Below are positions 1 to 7,516 of a stretch of 8,137 bases of DNA, in pieces. The notes under the pieces are model-generated. The model made no database searches and was not told the origin of the DNA. It saw only the letters and a program-made list of their open reading frames with translations. Position numbers and translations under genes: made by a program. The DNA is from a virus. Taxonomy: Duplodnaviria; Heunggongvirae; Uroviricota; Caudoviricetes. Location of the stretch: the IMG/VR virus record IMGVR_UViG_2778261702_000016. One strand, 5' to 3'. Numbering within the stretch: the stretch's first letter is position 1; each line of letters starts with the position of its first letter.

Positions 1-259
1 CCACTGTACATCTGGCCACCCTGATACCTTCGCGTAACAACTGGCGCCAGACTTTACGCACACCGTACACCTGATGATTTTCATCGTATACGCGCTGTAT
101 CTCTCTCTTCAGCCAGTCATCGCGCTGCGCACGGGCACTGCGTTTATCCGGATGATGTCGCTGTTGCTGACAGTGGTAATACGTTGACGGGGCAATATGC
201 AGTTCACTGCATACCGGTCCGACCCCGTACTGCTCACGCAGCTTATCCAGCAGCGGCAT
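1..259 (-). CDS. IS3-family transposase OrfB (catalytic part), 5' 86 codons only, runs off window edge; normally made as an OrfAB fusion by -1 frameshifting
   Basis: Minus-strand frame from ATG at 259..257 translates [36 protein letters not shown]... with no stop to position 2; A-rich slippery run (plus strand TTTTTT 262..267) overlaps the orfA stop. Confidence 0.85.
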   Translation of the reverse strand, partial: MPLLDKLREQYGVGPVCSELHIAPSTYYHCQQQRHHPDKRSARAQRDDWLKREIQRVYDENHQVYGVRKVWRQLLREGIRVARCTV

Positions 260-585
260 TATTTTTTCCAGAGGCGGTCGAACTCCGCCTTCGCAAAATA
301 AGCGGAAGCCTGGCGAAGGATATCGTTACTGCGGCGCAGTTCACGATTTTCACGTTCCAGCTCTTTCAGACGCTGACGTTCAGCGGTGGTGAGTCCACCA
401 TCACCGCCCCCGGTATCCCGCTCATGCTGACGAACCCACACACGCAGAGTCTCTGGTGTACAGCCAATCTTTGGGGCAATGGAACAAATTGCCGCCCATT
501 GTGAGTCATATTCGCCCTGACTTTCCAGAACCATACGGACTGCCCGTTGACGGACCTCGGGGGAAAAACGTGTATTTTTAGTCAT
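259..585 (-). CDS. IS3-family transposase OrfA (helix-turn-helix DNA-binding part), IS629-like
   Basis: 108-aa [29 protein letters not shown]...[30 protein letters not shown] with leucine-zipper-like C-terminus typical of IS3 OrfA; start 55 bp inside the IS left end. Confidence 0.9.
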   Translation of the reverse strand: MTKNTRFSPEVRQRAVRMVLESQGEYDSQWAAICSIAPKIGCTPETLRVWVRQHERDTGGGDGGLTTAERQRLKELERENRELRRSNDILRQASAYFAKAEFDRLWKK

Positions 586-639
586 CCTGTTTACCTCTTT
601 CTCAGGGAGTTTAGTCTCCAGGATTCCCGGGGCGGTTCA

Positions 640-1172
640 ATCTGCTGGCCGGAACTAATGAATTTATTGGTGAAGGTGACGCATACATTCCGCCTCATAC
701 AGGTCTGCCAGCAAACAGTACCGATATTGCACCGCCAGATATTCCGGCTGGCTTCGTGGCTGTTTTCAACAGTAATGAGGCATCGTGGCATCTCGTTGAA
801 GATCATCGGGGTAAAACGGTTTATGACGTGGCTTCCGGCGACGCGTTATTTATTTCTGAACTCGGTCCGTTACCGGAAAATGTTACCTGGTTGTCGCCGG
901 ATGGAGAGTGTCAGAAGTGGAACGGCACATCCTGGGCGAAAGATGCAGAAGCAGAAAAACTGTTTCGGGTACGGGAGGCAGAAGAAACAAAAAACAGCCT
1001 GATGCAGGTAGCCAGTGAGCATATTGCGCCACTTCAGGATGCCGTAGATTTGGATATTGCGACGGAGGAAGAGGCATCGTTACTGGCTGCATGGAAGACA
1101 TATCGGGTATTGTTGAATCGTGTTGATACAACAGTAGCAGCGGATGTTGAGTGGCCAGTCGCCCCACAATAA
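640..1172 (+). pseudogene. tfa: Tail fiber assembly protein (Tfa / P2 gpG family), 5'-truncated by the IS insertion at 639/640
   Basis: Frame open from 642 ([43 protein letters not shown]...[30 protein letters not shown], stop 1170..1172) with no ATG; the track start at 756 is a GTG. About 15 N-terminal codons are missing, replaced by the IS end. Confidence 0.85.
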
Positions 1173-1178
1173 AAAGAA

Positions 1179-1208
1179 AAAGCCATCGACAGAAATATCG
1201 ATGGCTTT
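1179..1208 (-). terminator. Intrinsic terminator for the acetyltransferase gene (possibly bidirectional, also behind tfa)
   Basis: Perfect 11-bp inverted repeat AAAGCCATCGA / TCGATGGCTTT (1179..1189 and 1198..1208) with 8-nt loop; on the minus strand it is followed by TTCTTTTTATT; sits between convergent stops at 1172 and 1216. Confidence 0.65.
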
Positions 1209-1215
1209 ATGTACT

Positions 1216-1788
1216 CTATTTATACAATACAACACCACTCTTTTTAGTTATATATGTGCAGTTTGATGGTATATCTTTATTTATAAAAGACATTGCACCT
1301 ATTTTTACATTATCCCCAATTTTACGTGATAATCCAATGATGCAACAATTAGCTCCGATATCAACGTTACTACCAATTTTTACTCTTGAACTAGGCATAT
1401 CACCATCTATCTGTCCAATGGTAGTATTCTGTCGTAATACCAGATTTTCACCCGCATCAACAGCAAAATGAACAACAATTCCAGCATGATGGGGAATTGT
1501 CAACCCTTTTCCAATATTTGCGCCCAATCCTATTTCACAACCAAACTTGTTAATTATTTTACTGTTTAACTTTTTGGCTGCTTTCTTATGTAATTTATTA
1601 CCATTAATATACATTTCGTTAGCCAACCGCCACCAGAAAAGGAAATTCCGGTTACGCTGCTTTTTCTCTCTTAAAAGCCTCCAGATATCCATACGTTTCC
1701 GCCGAATTACTTCATGTTTCCAGAAGTTTTTTAAATTAGTAGAGTTTCCAAATAAAACAAAGTGAATTGCCATTAAGTAAGATAGCAC
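1216..1788 (-). CDS. Hexapeptide-repeat (left-handed beta-helix) acetyltransferase, CysE/WcaB serine-acetyltransferase-like; probable polysaccharide O-acetyltransferase carried as phage cargo
   Basis: Motifs GCEIGLGANIGKGLTIPHHAGIVVHFAVDAGENLVLRQNTTIGQ...VKIGSNVDIGANCCIIG...IGDNVKIGAMSFINKDIPSN match the SAT/WcaB hexapeptide core. Start set at GTG 1788 (AAGGAG 6 nt upstream); longest ORF would start at ATG 1821. Stop TAG 1216..1218. Visibly AT-rich versus neighbours. Confidence 0.8.
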   Translation of the reverse strand: MLSYLMAIHFVLFGNSTNLKNFWKHEVIRRKRMDIWRLLREKKQRNRNFLFWWRLANEMYINGNKLHKKAAKKLNSKIINKFGCEIGLGANIGKGLTIPHHAGIVVHFAVDAGENLVLRQNTTIGQIDGDMPSSRVKIGSNVDIGANCCIIGLSRKIGDNVKIGAMSFINKDIPSNCTYITKKSGVVLYK

Positions 1789-1839
1789 GATAATCTCCTT
1801 AATTATTATTTCAGACCACACATGTTATAAGGTTAAGAG

Positions 1840-1868
1840 ATTATAAAATCCTGTTATTTGTTATTCAA
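1840..1868 (-). promoter_or_regulatory. Near-consensus sigma70 promoter driving the acetyltransferase gene
   Basis: Minus strand TTGAAT (1868..1863), 17-bp spacer, TATAAT (1845..1840); predicted transcript start about 1833, leaving a roughly 45-nt leader to the GTG at 1788. Confidence 0.55.
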
Positions 1869-1944
1869 AAACAATTTTCTGAGAAGGACATACAACAGCA
1901 AGTCGCCAGTCACCTTCATCAGGAAATTGGCGACATACGTTAAA

Positions 1945-2439
1945 TCAGAGCAGCCCCTTAACTGAGCTGGCCGCGCTATTAAGGGATGATGTCACCTTAT
2001 CTTTGAAGCCGGACAGCATATCGCTGAACGATGAGGATTGCAGGCGCTCCCGCAAATCCTCATCACAGCGTTCAAGAGTCAGTGAAAATTCTATCTTTTT
2101 CGCCTTACCGTAGCGATCAAACTCGGAGCGGGTCGTATTCGTTCCGGTCAGGACATACATGCCGTAAATCTGCCCGACGCCATCAATCAAAGGCCAAGGA
2201 CGTCCTGTATATGCCTGCGTGGTCAACAACGACAGCGACACTTCGCCACCAGTAATCTCAGGATAAAGAACACCAGAAAGAACGATGCGATCATCACCTG
2301 CACCGATATACTGCCAGCTTGCTGAACGGTTAACGCGTTCATTTTTCACATGTCGCCAGCTTTTGTTTTGCTGTAACTGCTGATGCGGCAACGTGCGCAG
2401 CTCAAAAACAAACATGCCGTAGATCATCATCATGGCCAT
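1945..2439 (-). CDS. Phage tail protein U (P2 gpU family)
   Basis: MAMMMIYGMFVFELRTLPHQQLQ...WQYIGAGDDRIVLSGVLYPEITGG...PWPLIDGVGQIYGMYVL...KIEFSLTLERCDE matches the gpU family pattern. AGGAG is spaced better for the second ATG (2433) than the first (2439). Confidence 0.85.
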   Translation of the reverse strand: MAMMMIYGMFVFELRTLPHQQLQQNKSWRHVKNERVNRSASWQYIGAGDDRIVLSGVLYPEITGGEVSLSLLTTQAYTGRPWPLIDGVGQIYGMYVLTGTNTTRSEFDRYGKAKKIEFSLTLERCDEDLRERLQSSSFSDMLSGFKDKVTSSLNSAASSVKGLL

Positions 2440-2445
2440 GACTCC

Positions 2446-3282
2446 TCAATCTTTATCGTAAAAACTGCCACGCCTGGCACGGGCGCGCCGTTCCATTTCT
2501 GCCCTGACCATTTCGCCGACCAGTTTCGCCAGTTCGCGGGGATTCTGCGTAACAACGTTATGCAGATGAACATGAATTTCACCGCCAAATCCGGAGGCAA
2601 CAGGCTCCCGGTTACGGGAAGTTGCAGGAACTGATGCCACTGGCGATCGTATGGCCTCCACCACCGGGCGGGAGCTGGCCGCAACAACAGGGACCAGCGC
2701 CGGAGGCAGCGGAGCCGGGACCACGGGTGTGATATTAATTGCGGGGGCAGGCTTACTGACCTGCGCAATCTTCCGCTCCTGCCACTCCCCACGAACAGCA
2801 AGTGCGCGGGGCAGGTTCTTAAAGACAATATCGCCGGGGCCAATGCGTTTTTTTGTCTCATCAACCAGCTTACCTGTGTTATCAGCAATTTTGCTGAGTC
2901 TGCGTAGCGTGCCGGTATTGCTGTCTGTGAGAGGTTTGTTGTCTTTGGGTTTATCATCTCCGGTGCCATTGCTATTTCCCGCAGACTTCGGCGGATTGAT
3001 TTTCGCAATGTCTCCCTGAAACAGAGCAACCTTGTCCTGAAGAATGGCCGCACGTTGTGCGTCTTCGATTTTCTTGCGCGCCCTTTCCGCTTCATCCGGA
3101 AGCACACCGAGTTTTTCAAGTATCCACGCCAGCGTATCCAGCAACATTTTTGCAGGCGTCAGAACAAGCTGTAACGCACCACCAAGAACGTTACCGAATA
3201 CCTCGCCAGCACTGGTACATTTATCCAGCGTTTCCTTGCTGGACTCCATCGGTGACAGCAGCGATTTAAACCAGTTAAACAC
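2446..3282 (-). CDS. Tail tape measure protein, C-terminal segment (second half of a frame-disrupted gene)
   Basis: Frame open from 3306 to stop at 2446; track start is a GTG at 3282. Sequence FNWFKSLLSPMESSKETL...REPVASGFGGEIHVHLHNVV... continues the upstream tape-measure ORF in a different frame; stop lies 6 nt before the gpU ribosome-binding site. Confidence 0.7.
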   Translation of the reverse strand: MFNWFKSLLSPMESSKETLDKCTSAGEVFGNVLGGALQLVLTPAKMLLDTLAWILEKLGVLPDEAERARKKIEDAQRAAILQDKVALFQGDIAKINPPKSAGNSNGTGDDKPKDNKPLTDSNTGTLRRLSKIADNTGKLVDETKKRIGPGDIVFKNLPRALAVRGEWQERKIAQVSKPAPAINITPVVPAPLPPALVPVVAASSRPVVEAIRSPVASVPATSRNREPVASGFGGEIHVHLHNVVTQNPRELAKLVGEMVRAEMERRARARRGSFYDKD

Positions 3283-5258
3283 CTGGCTGAACCGCTTCCG
3301 ATTACGTCAAAAACAGGGCCAAACCGTTCAAAGGTGTCGCGCAACGGGGTCAGCCTTTCCATAATCCCGCTGAACACCCCGGCAAAGAAAGCCCTGATAG
3401 GATCCCAGTATTTCCAGATAAGAACGGCAGCTCCGGCAAGCGCAGCCACGATAAGACCAACCGGACTGAACAACGCCCCGATAACGCCTCCCAGTAAAGA
3501 AACGGAACCCGTCACCATTCCCCATAGCGCAGGTAACACCCTGACGACATTCATTGACCGGGTAAGAATGTCAAAACCAAGACGCAGGGTGGCCAGCTTC
3601 CCGTAAAGCACCCCAATAACCAGCGACAACGAGCCAATCGTTGCAGTCATTGCCAGCAACGCACCGCCTGCTATCAGTAGCTGGCGCGTCAGTACCGGAT
3701 GGGCCTGCGCCAGCGAGGTGATTTTTTCAAGCACCCGCGTGAGCCACTGCGTGACAGAACGCAGCGGACCGTCAACCAGATCACTGATGCGAATACGAAG
3801 ACCTTCCCATGCGCTGTCGAGATTTTTCAGGTCCCCATCAAGATTATCAGCCATTACTTTTGCGACGCGATCGGCCTCTCCCCTTGCCCCCTGCAATTCT
3901 CTGGTCAGTTTTTGCAGCTCTCCTGAACCAGCCGCCGCAACAAGCGTCTGCAAACCAACGAACGCCTCTTCTCCGGCGATGTCCTTGAAGAAGGAGACCT
4001 GGTCCACCTGTCCGTATTTTTGTGTCGCCTTATAGAGATCAAGCAGCACATCCTCCATCGGGCGCATTTTGCCTCTGGCGTCAGCAACTGACACCCCCAG
4101 CTCTTTCAGTGCATCAGCCGCAGCTTTTGGCGGTGATGCAAGGCGGGACAGACTTGCGCGCATGGCCGTGCCAGCATCGCTTCCGCGAAGACCATTATTG
4201 GCAAGCATCCCGGCCATGGCCGCCGCTTCTTCAAGACTGATACCAAGTTTTGCGGCAACCGGACCGGTATACTTCATGGTTTCGCCCAGCGCGCGTAAAT
4301 CAGTATTGGTCCGGGTAAATGCTGCTGTCAGCGTATCGCCCACCCGGTCCATTTGATCGGCTGTCAGGTTGAACTGTGTGAGGATATTGGAGCCTATATC
4401 AGCCGTCTCGCCGAGTTCGACGCCACCTGCCAGCGCCATATTAAGAACACCGGGCAATGCGGCCTGAATGGCCTGCGGAGTAAAACCAGCCATTGCCAGA
4501 AAGCTCTGCCCACTGGCGGCATCACTCGCAGTAAACTGTGTTTCAGCAAGTTTTAACGCCTGCTCACGCAGCGCCTTAAACTGCGGGCTGTTTTTGTCGA
4601 TTCGCGTCAGTGCCTGAACGCGGGACATCTCTTTGCCGAACCCGATCGCAGGCTGCAAAAAACGCCCGGCAGCATAGCCGCCCGCCGCTGCCGCACCAAT
4701 TGCCAGCGCACCACCTGTTTTCAGTTTTCCCGCGGTTTCCTGCGCGTGCGAATACCGCTCACGCGCCTGCGTTACACGCGCAAGCGCCTGCCGTTCGCGT
4801 TCAAGCTGGTTGTTGTATTGTTCGGTGCGTCTGATGGCCTGCTGAATGGTGTTATCGCTGCCTGTCAGGGAAATGCCGTGGCGTTTCAGCTCTCCGCCAA
4901 GTTCCCTCATTTTCTGAATTTCCCGTGTGCGCGATTCATTCAGGCGTTCAAGCCGGGTGCTTAACTGCTGCATCAGCTTTTGTTGTTTTTCGCTGAGCAC
5001 TGTACCCGTGCGTTGTAACTGATTAAGGGCGTTAAGCTGGCGTCGTGCTTTCACGATGCCAGCATCCGCTTTACTGACAGCGTCGCGGGCGCGCTCAAAT
5101 GATCGCGCCTGACGCTCGAGATTTTTGATCGCCCCCTGCGTTCGCTGGATGGAGTCACCAAACTGCCCCATCAGGCGGCGTGCGTTTTCGGCAGGTCGGG
5201 TCAGCCTGTCAACGGCGCTGAAAGCGACCCGGATATCAAGAGTCTTCATTGTCTGCAT
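3159..5258 (-). CDS. Tail tape measure protein (P2 gpT-like), N-terminal segment; reading frame lost near 3290
   Basis: Long alpha-helical Q/R/L/A-rich ORF with Gly/Ala-rich transmembrane-like stretches typical of tape measure proteins, placed between chaperone and gpU. Track start 5285 is GTG; first ATGs at 5258 and 5249 overlap the E' stop. The last ~44 codons before the stop at 3159 look out-of-frame (SARCLTGLNRCCHRWSPARKRW...). Confidence 0.8.
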   Translation of the reverse strand: MQTMKTLDIRVAFSAVDRLTRPAENARRLMGQFGDSIQRTQGAIKNLERQARSFERARDAVSKADAGIVKARRQLNALNQLQRTGTVLSEKQQKLMQQLSTRLERLNESRTREIQKMRELGGELKRHGISLTGSDNTIQQAIRRTEQYNNQLERERQALARVTQARERYSHAQETAGKLKTGGALAIGAAAAGGYAAGRFLQPAIGFGKEMSRVQALTRIDKNSPQFKALREQALKLAETQFTASDAASGQSFLAMAGFTPQAIQAALPGVLNMALAGGVELGETADIGSNILTQFNLTADQMDRVGDTLTAAFTRTNTDLRALGETMKYTGPVAAKLGISLEEAAAMAGMLANNGLRGSDAGTAMRASLSRLASPPKAAADALKELGVSVADARGKMRPMEDVLLDLYKATQKYGQVDQVSFFKDIAGEEAFVGLQTLVAAAGSGELQKLTRELQGARGEADRVAKVMADNLDGDLKNLDSAWEGLRIRISDLVDGPLRSVTQWLTRVLEKITSLAQAHPVLTRQLLIAGGALLAMTATIGSLSLVIGVLYGKLATLRLGFDILTRSMNVVRVLPALWGMVTGSVSLLGGVIGALFSPVGLIVAALAGAAVLIWKYWDPIRAFFAGVFSGIMERLTPLRDTFERFGPVFDVIGSGSARCLTGLNRCCHRWSPARKRWINVPVLARYSVTFLVVRYSLF

Positions 5259-5765
5259 TCCCGCTGCGAAGTGCCGCCCGCTCACGCCAGCTAACCACTT
5301 CGCCGGGCGTCATCATGAAGATTTCGGCGGGCGACCAGTTAAAAATAACGGCAATATCTGCCACAAAGTCTTCTATGTGCTCAAAGCACACAACCGTGAT
5401 CAGGCTTCCGTCGCCTGTTCGTTCTTCCCGCCAGAGTCCGCACCGCTCAAAAAATTTACGGCAACCACACATAACTGAATAAAGTCACGGGATGCCATTT
5501 TTTTGATCGTCACTTCATCCAGTCGCGGTGATGTCACGCGTGACAGCAGCGTAAACATGGATTCCGCTTTCAGATTCAGCACATCAGACAGCGACAAATC
5601 TCGCAGAGATCCAGCCTGCTCAATAGCCCCGGTGATCTCCACATACGTGATTTTTTCGCCGCCTCGCTCAATTGGTTGGGTAAGTTTTACACCACGCTCA
5701 CTGGTTTCTTTCACAGTGTCAGTAACTACCGTGTTTTCGGTATCGATGTTTTTCGTCTCTTTCAT
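5236..5765 (-). CDS. Tail assembly chaperone E+E' (product of programmed -1 ribosomal frameshift)
   Basis: The -1 frame downstream of the slippery site reads FFERCGLWREERTGDGSLITVVCFEHIEDFVADIAVIFNWSPAEIFMMTPGEVVSWRERAALRSGNADNEDS to a stop at 5236..5238, giving the P2 E/E' arrangement immediately upstream of the tape measure gene. Confidence 0.65.
5400..5765 (-). CDS. Phage tail assembly chaperone (P2 gpE family)
   Basis: 121-aa ORF MKETKNIDTENTVVTDTVKETSERGVKLTQPIERGGEKITYVEITGA...; AAAGGAG ribosome-binding site (plus 5774..5780) 8 nt upstream of ATG 5765; small acidic protein between tube and tape measure genes. Confidence 0.85.
   Translation of the reverse strand: MKETKNIDTENTVVTDTVKETSERGVKLTQPIERGGEKITYVEITGAIEQAGSLRDLSLSDVLNLKAESMFTLLSRVTSPRLDEVTIKKMASRDFIQLCVVAVNFLSGADSGGKNEQATEA
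5448..5454 (-). promoter_or_regulatory. Slippery heptamer T_TTT_TTG for programmed -1 frameshifting E to E+E'
   Basis: Minus strand GTA AAT TTT TTG AGC in the E frame (VNFLS); the heptanucleotide TTTTTTG is the plus-strand CAAAAAA at 5448..5454. Confidence 0.6.
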
Positions 5766-5819
5766 CAGGAAACTCCTTTCAGTCAGAGGCGACGCACTGC
5801 GCCGCCTGCATATTACTTA

Positions 5820-6332
5820 TCAGCCAAGCCCAAGCGCGGAACGGATGCGATCGGGCACAATGTCCTTGCCGTCCTTCCGGTAAATGAAGTTCAGCAGGTC
5901 AATCTCCCACAACGGGCGATCGTTAACACTCAGCTTGTAGTAGGTGTTTTTAATGGCGTAAGTGTGTGATGTGGCTTCGCCCTGTTTGGCTTCCCCCATA
6001 TCAATTTCCGTCACACGTCCGCGCATTTCGACTTCATACAGGTCGCTTTCATCATCGGTGTAGTATTCCCCCGCAAAACGCAGTAGCGTGCCGTCAATCG
6101 TGCCGCCATACTTCAGGAACAGCTCACGAACTGCGCCCCCCATGACAAAGCTCGCATCAAGCGCGGAGTCGTCCAGGCCGAGGTCAATACTTACCGCACC
6201 CATCATGCCACCACCCCGGTAGCTGTCGGTTTTGCGCGTCAGTTTAGGCAGGGTGACGGACGTCACCTTACCCACTTCGTTTTCACCATCCACAAACAGC
6301 GTAAAAAAGCGAAGATGTTTTGGTACAGCCAT
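5820..6332 (-). CDS. Phage major tail tube protein (P2 gpFII family)
   Basis: 170-aa ORF MAVPKHLRFFTLFVDGENEVGKVTSVTLPKLTRKTDSYRGGGMMGAVSIDLGLD...YYKLSVNDRPLWEIDLLN matches the FII tail tube pattern; start ATG overlaps the sheath stop. Confidence 0.9.
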   Translation of the reverse strand: MAVPKHLRFFTLFVDGENEVGKVTSVTLPKLTRKTDSYRGGGMMGAVSIDLGLDDSALDASFVMGGAVRELFLKYGGTIDGTLLRFAGEYYTDDESDLYEVEMRGRVTEIDMGEAKQGEATSHTYAIKNTYYKLSVNDRPLWEIDLLNFIYRKDGKDIVPDRIRSALGLG

Positions 6333-7516
6333 CAGGCACCTCCCAGCACCGCAAATGCGGGACCAAAGAATTCATCAGTAAACGACTGGTAAAGCTCCAT
6401 GTCTTCCAGCGGAGGAACGGGCGTATATTTGTAGCGAATACGCACACGCCCCTGACGTAAATTCGTGGTGCTGTTATCCTCGATGTCATACCAGCACTCC
6501 GCGCCAATCAGTTTCCCGGCAGTAACCAGTGAATCCAGTTTTGCCCTGATGGCACTGATAACATCCTTCACGTTCGCAGGTGTCAGTGGACTGTCGATGG
6601 TTTCAAACTGCGCTTCCGCAATTGAATCAGCCAGCACCTGTGCGGTTCGGGTATACACCTCAAAGATGTAGGCGTTCGTTTCCGGTGTGCGGTTGCCCCA
6701 GAAGCGGAACCCGTTGCGACGAATAATGGTCGTGATTTCTTTGTTGTTGAGGCTGTTGGCATCACTGTCTTCGGCCTGCAACGACCAGAACACATGCCTC
6801 GACATCCCAAGCACATTTTTAACCGGAACGTTGGACAGCGATTTGTGCCAGCCCTGCTCATGGTCAATGTACGCACGAAGGCCGCACGCATAAGCAGGCG
6901 CGGGGAACGTTTCGTTTTTGCCACTTTTCAGGTTGTAGGCGATGAAGTCAGGCCATAAGAGCATCACCTCACGTTCGTTGAATTTCTGGCGGTAGGTAAT
7001 CGCCTCAGCCATCGTGTTACAACCATGACATGTGGCATACACAAACGCGCGCAGTTTACCCGCAATCACGCACAGGGATTTTGTTACCGCCTCCGTGTCC
7101 AGCTCCGGCGCGGCCAGAATACGCGGACGGTATCCGATGCTTTCATCCTGCTCTGCAACAAGCAGCGCATACATCCCCGTATAGCTGCCGTCAGATTCAG
7201 AACCACCGATAACCAGTTGATCCTGCGTCTTACCGCCTTCTTCTTTGTGTTCAGCCACGCGAACGACGATCACTTTTGTGCTCACCTGGTCTGCGATAGC
7301 CTTAAGCGCACGATAAAGCGTCCCCGTAGTCCCGCATTTTCCCAGCACGTCATTGACGCGGGTCAGCAGTGTGGGCTTGTTCAGCGGGAACAGCTCCGCG
7401 TCCGCATCATCTGCCGTTGCCACGATACCGATAACACTGGAATCAACATCATTAATCGCTGTTACCAGGTCGGTACTTTCCGTAACACGGGCACCATGAA
7501 AACGAGTTTCACTCAT
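6332..7516 (-). CDS. Phage tail sheath protein (P2 gpFI family)
   Basis: 394-aa ORF MSETRFHGARVTESTDLVTAINDVDSSVIGIVATADDADAELFPLNKPTLLT...FRFWGNRTPETNAYIFEVYTRTAQVL... typical of contractile sheath proteins; AAGGGG 9 nt upstream of ATG 7516. Confidence 0.9.
   Translation of the reverse strand: MSETRFHGARVTESTDLVTAINDVDSSVIGIVATADDADAELFPLNKPTLLTRVNDVLGKCGTTGTLYRALKAIADQVSTKVIVVRVAEHKEEGGKTQDQLVIGGSESDGSYTGMYALLVAEQDESIGYRPRILAAPELDTEAVTKSLCVIAGKLRAFVYATCHGCNTMAEAITYRQKFNEREVMLLWPDFIAYNLKSGKNETFPAPAYACGLRAYIDHEQGWHKSLSNVPVKNVLGMSRHVFWSLQAEDSDANSLNNKEITTIIRRNGFRFWGNRTPETNAYIFEVYTRTAQVLADSIAEAQFETIDSPLTPANVKDVISAIRAKLDSLVTAGKLIGAECWYDIEDNSTTNLRQGRVRIRYKYTPVPPLEDMELYQSFTDEFFGPAFAVLGGA

Larger units (their letters stand above)
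1..639 (-). mobile_element. IS3-family insertion sequence, IS629-like, partial (window begins inside orfB); left inverted repeat end at 629..639
   Basis: Minus strand reads TGAACCGCCCCGGGAATCCTGGAGACTAAACTCCCTGAGAAAGAGGTAAACAGG then ATG of orfA; orfA then orfB in -1 frame follow the IS3-family layout; the same terminus recurs at 8011 in opposite orientation. Confidence 0.9.

Noticed and set aside
547-1002. 151-aa plus-strand ORF spanning the IS end and the start of tfa
   Set aside because: Chimeric read-through across the IS boundary in a frame other than the Tfa frame; no ribosome-binding site or family resemblance.
883-1167. 94-aa minus-strand ORF antisense to tfa
   Set aside because: Lies entirely within the well-supported Tfa frame on the opposite strand; composition typical of antisense artefacts.
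1151-1765. Plus-strand ORFs (1151..1471, 1547..1765) antisense to the acetyltransferase
   Set aside because: Low-complexity AT-rich translations with no start signals; the minus-strand gene explains the region.
1786-1821. Phase-variable repeat tract at the 5' end of the acetyltransferase (as in NeuO)
   Set aside because: No tandem heptanucleotide or homopolymer repeat is present in the 5' coding region.
1902-1934. Inverted repeat GTCGCCA / TGGCGAC downstream of gpU as a possible terminator
   Set aside because: Only 7 bp of stem with a 19-nt loop and no clear U-tract; too weak to call.
2030-5480. Multiple 60-230-aa ORFs in alternate frames or antisense inside gpU, tape measure and E (e.g. 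2430..3119, 2651..3019, 3334..3606, 4069..4356, 5125..5478)
   Set aside because: Nested within long, family-recognisable genes; Arg/Pro/Ser-rich translations typical of off-frame reading of GC-rich coding DNA.
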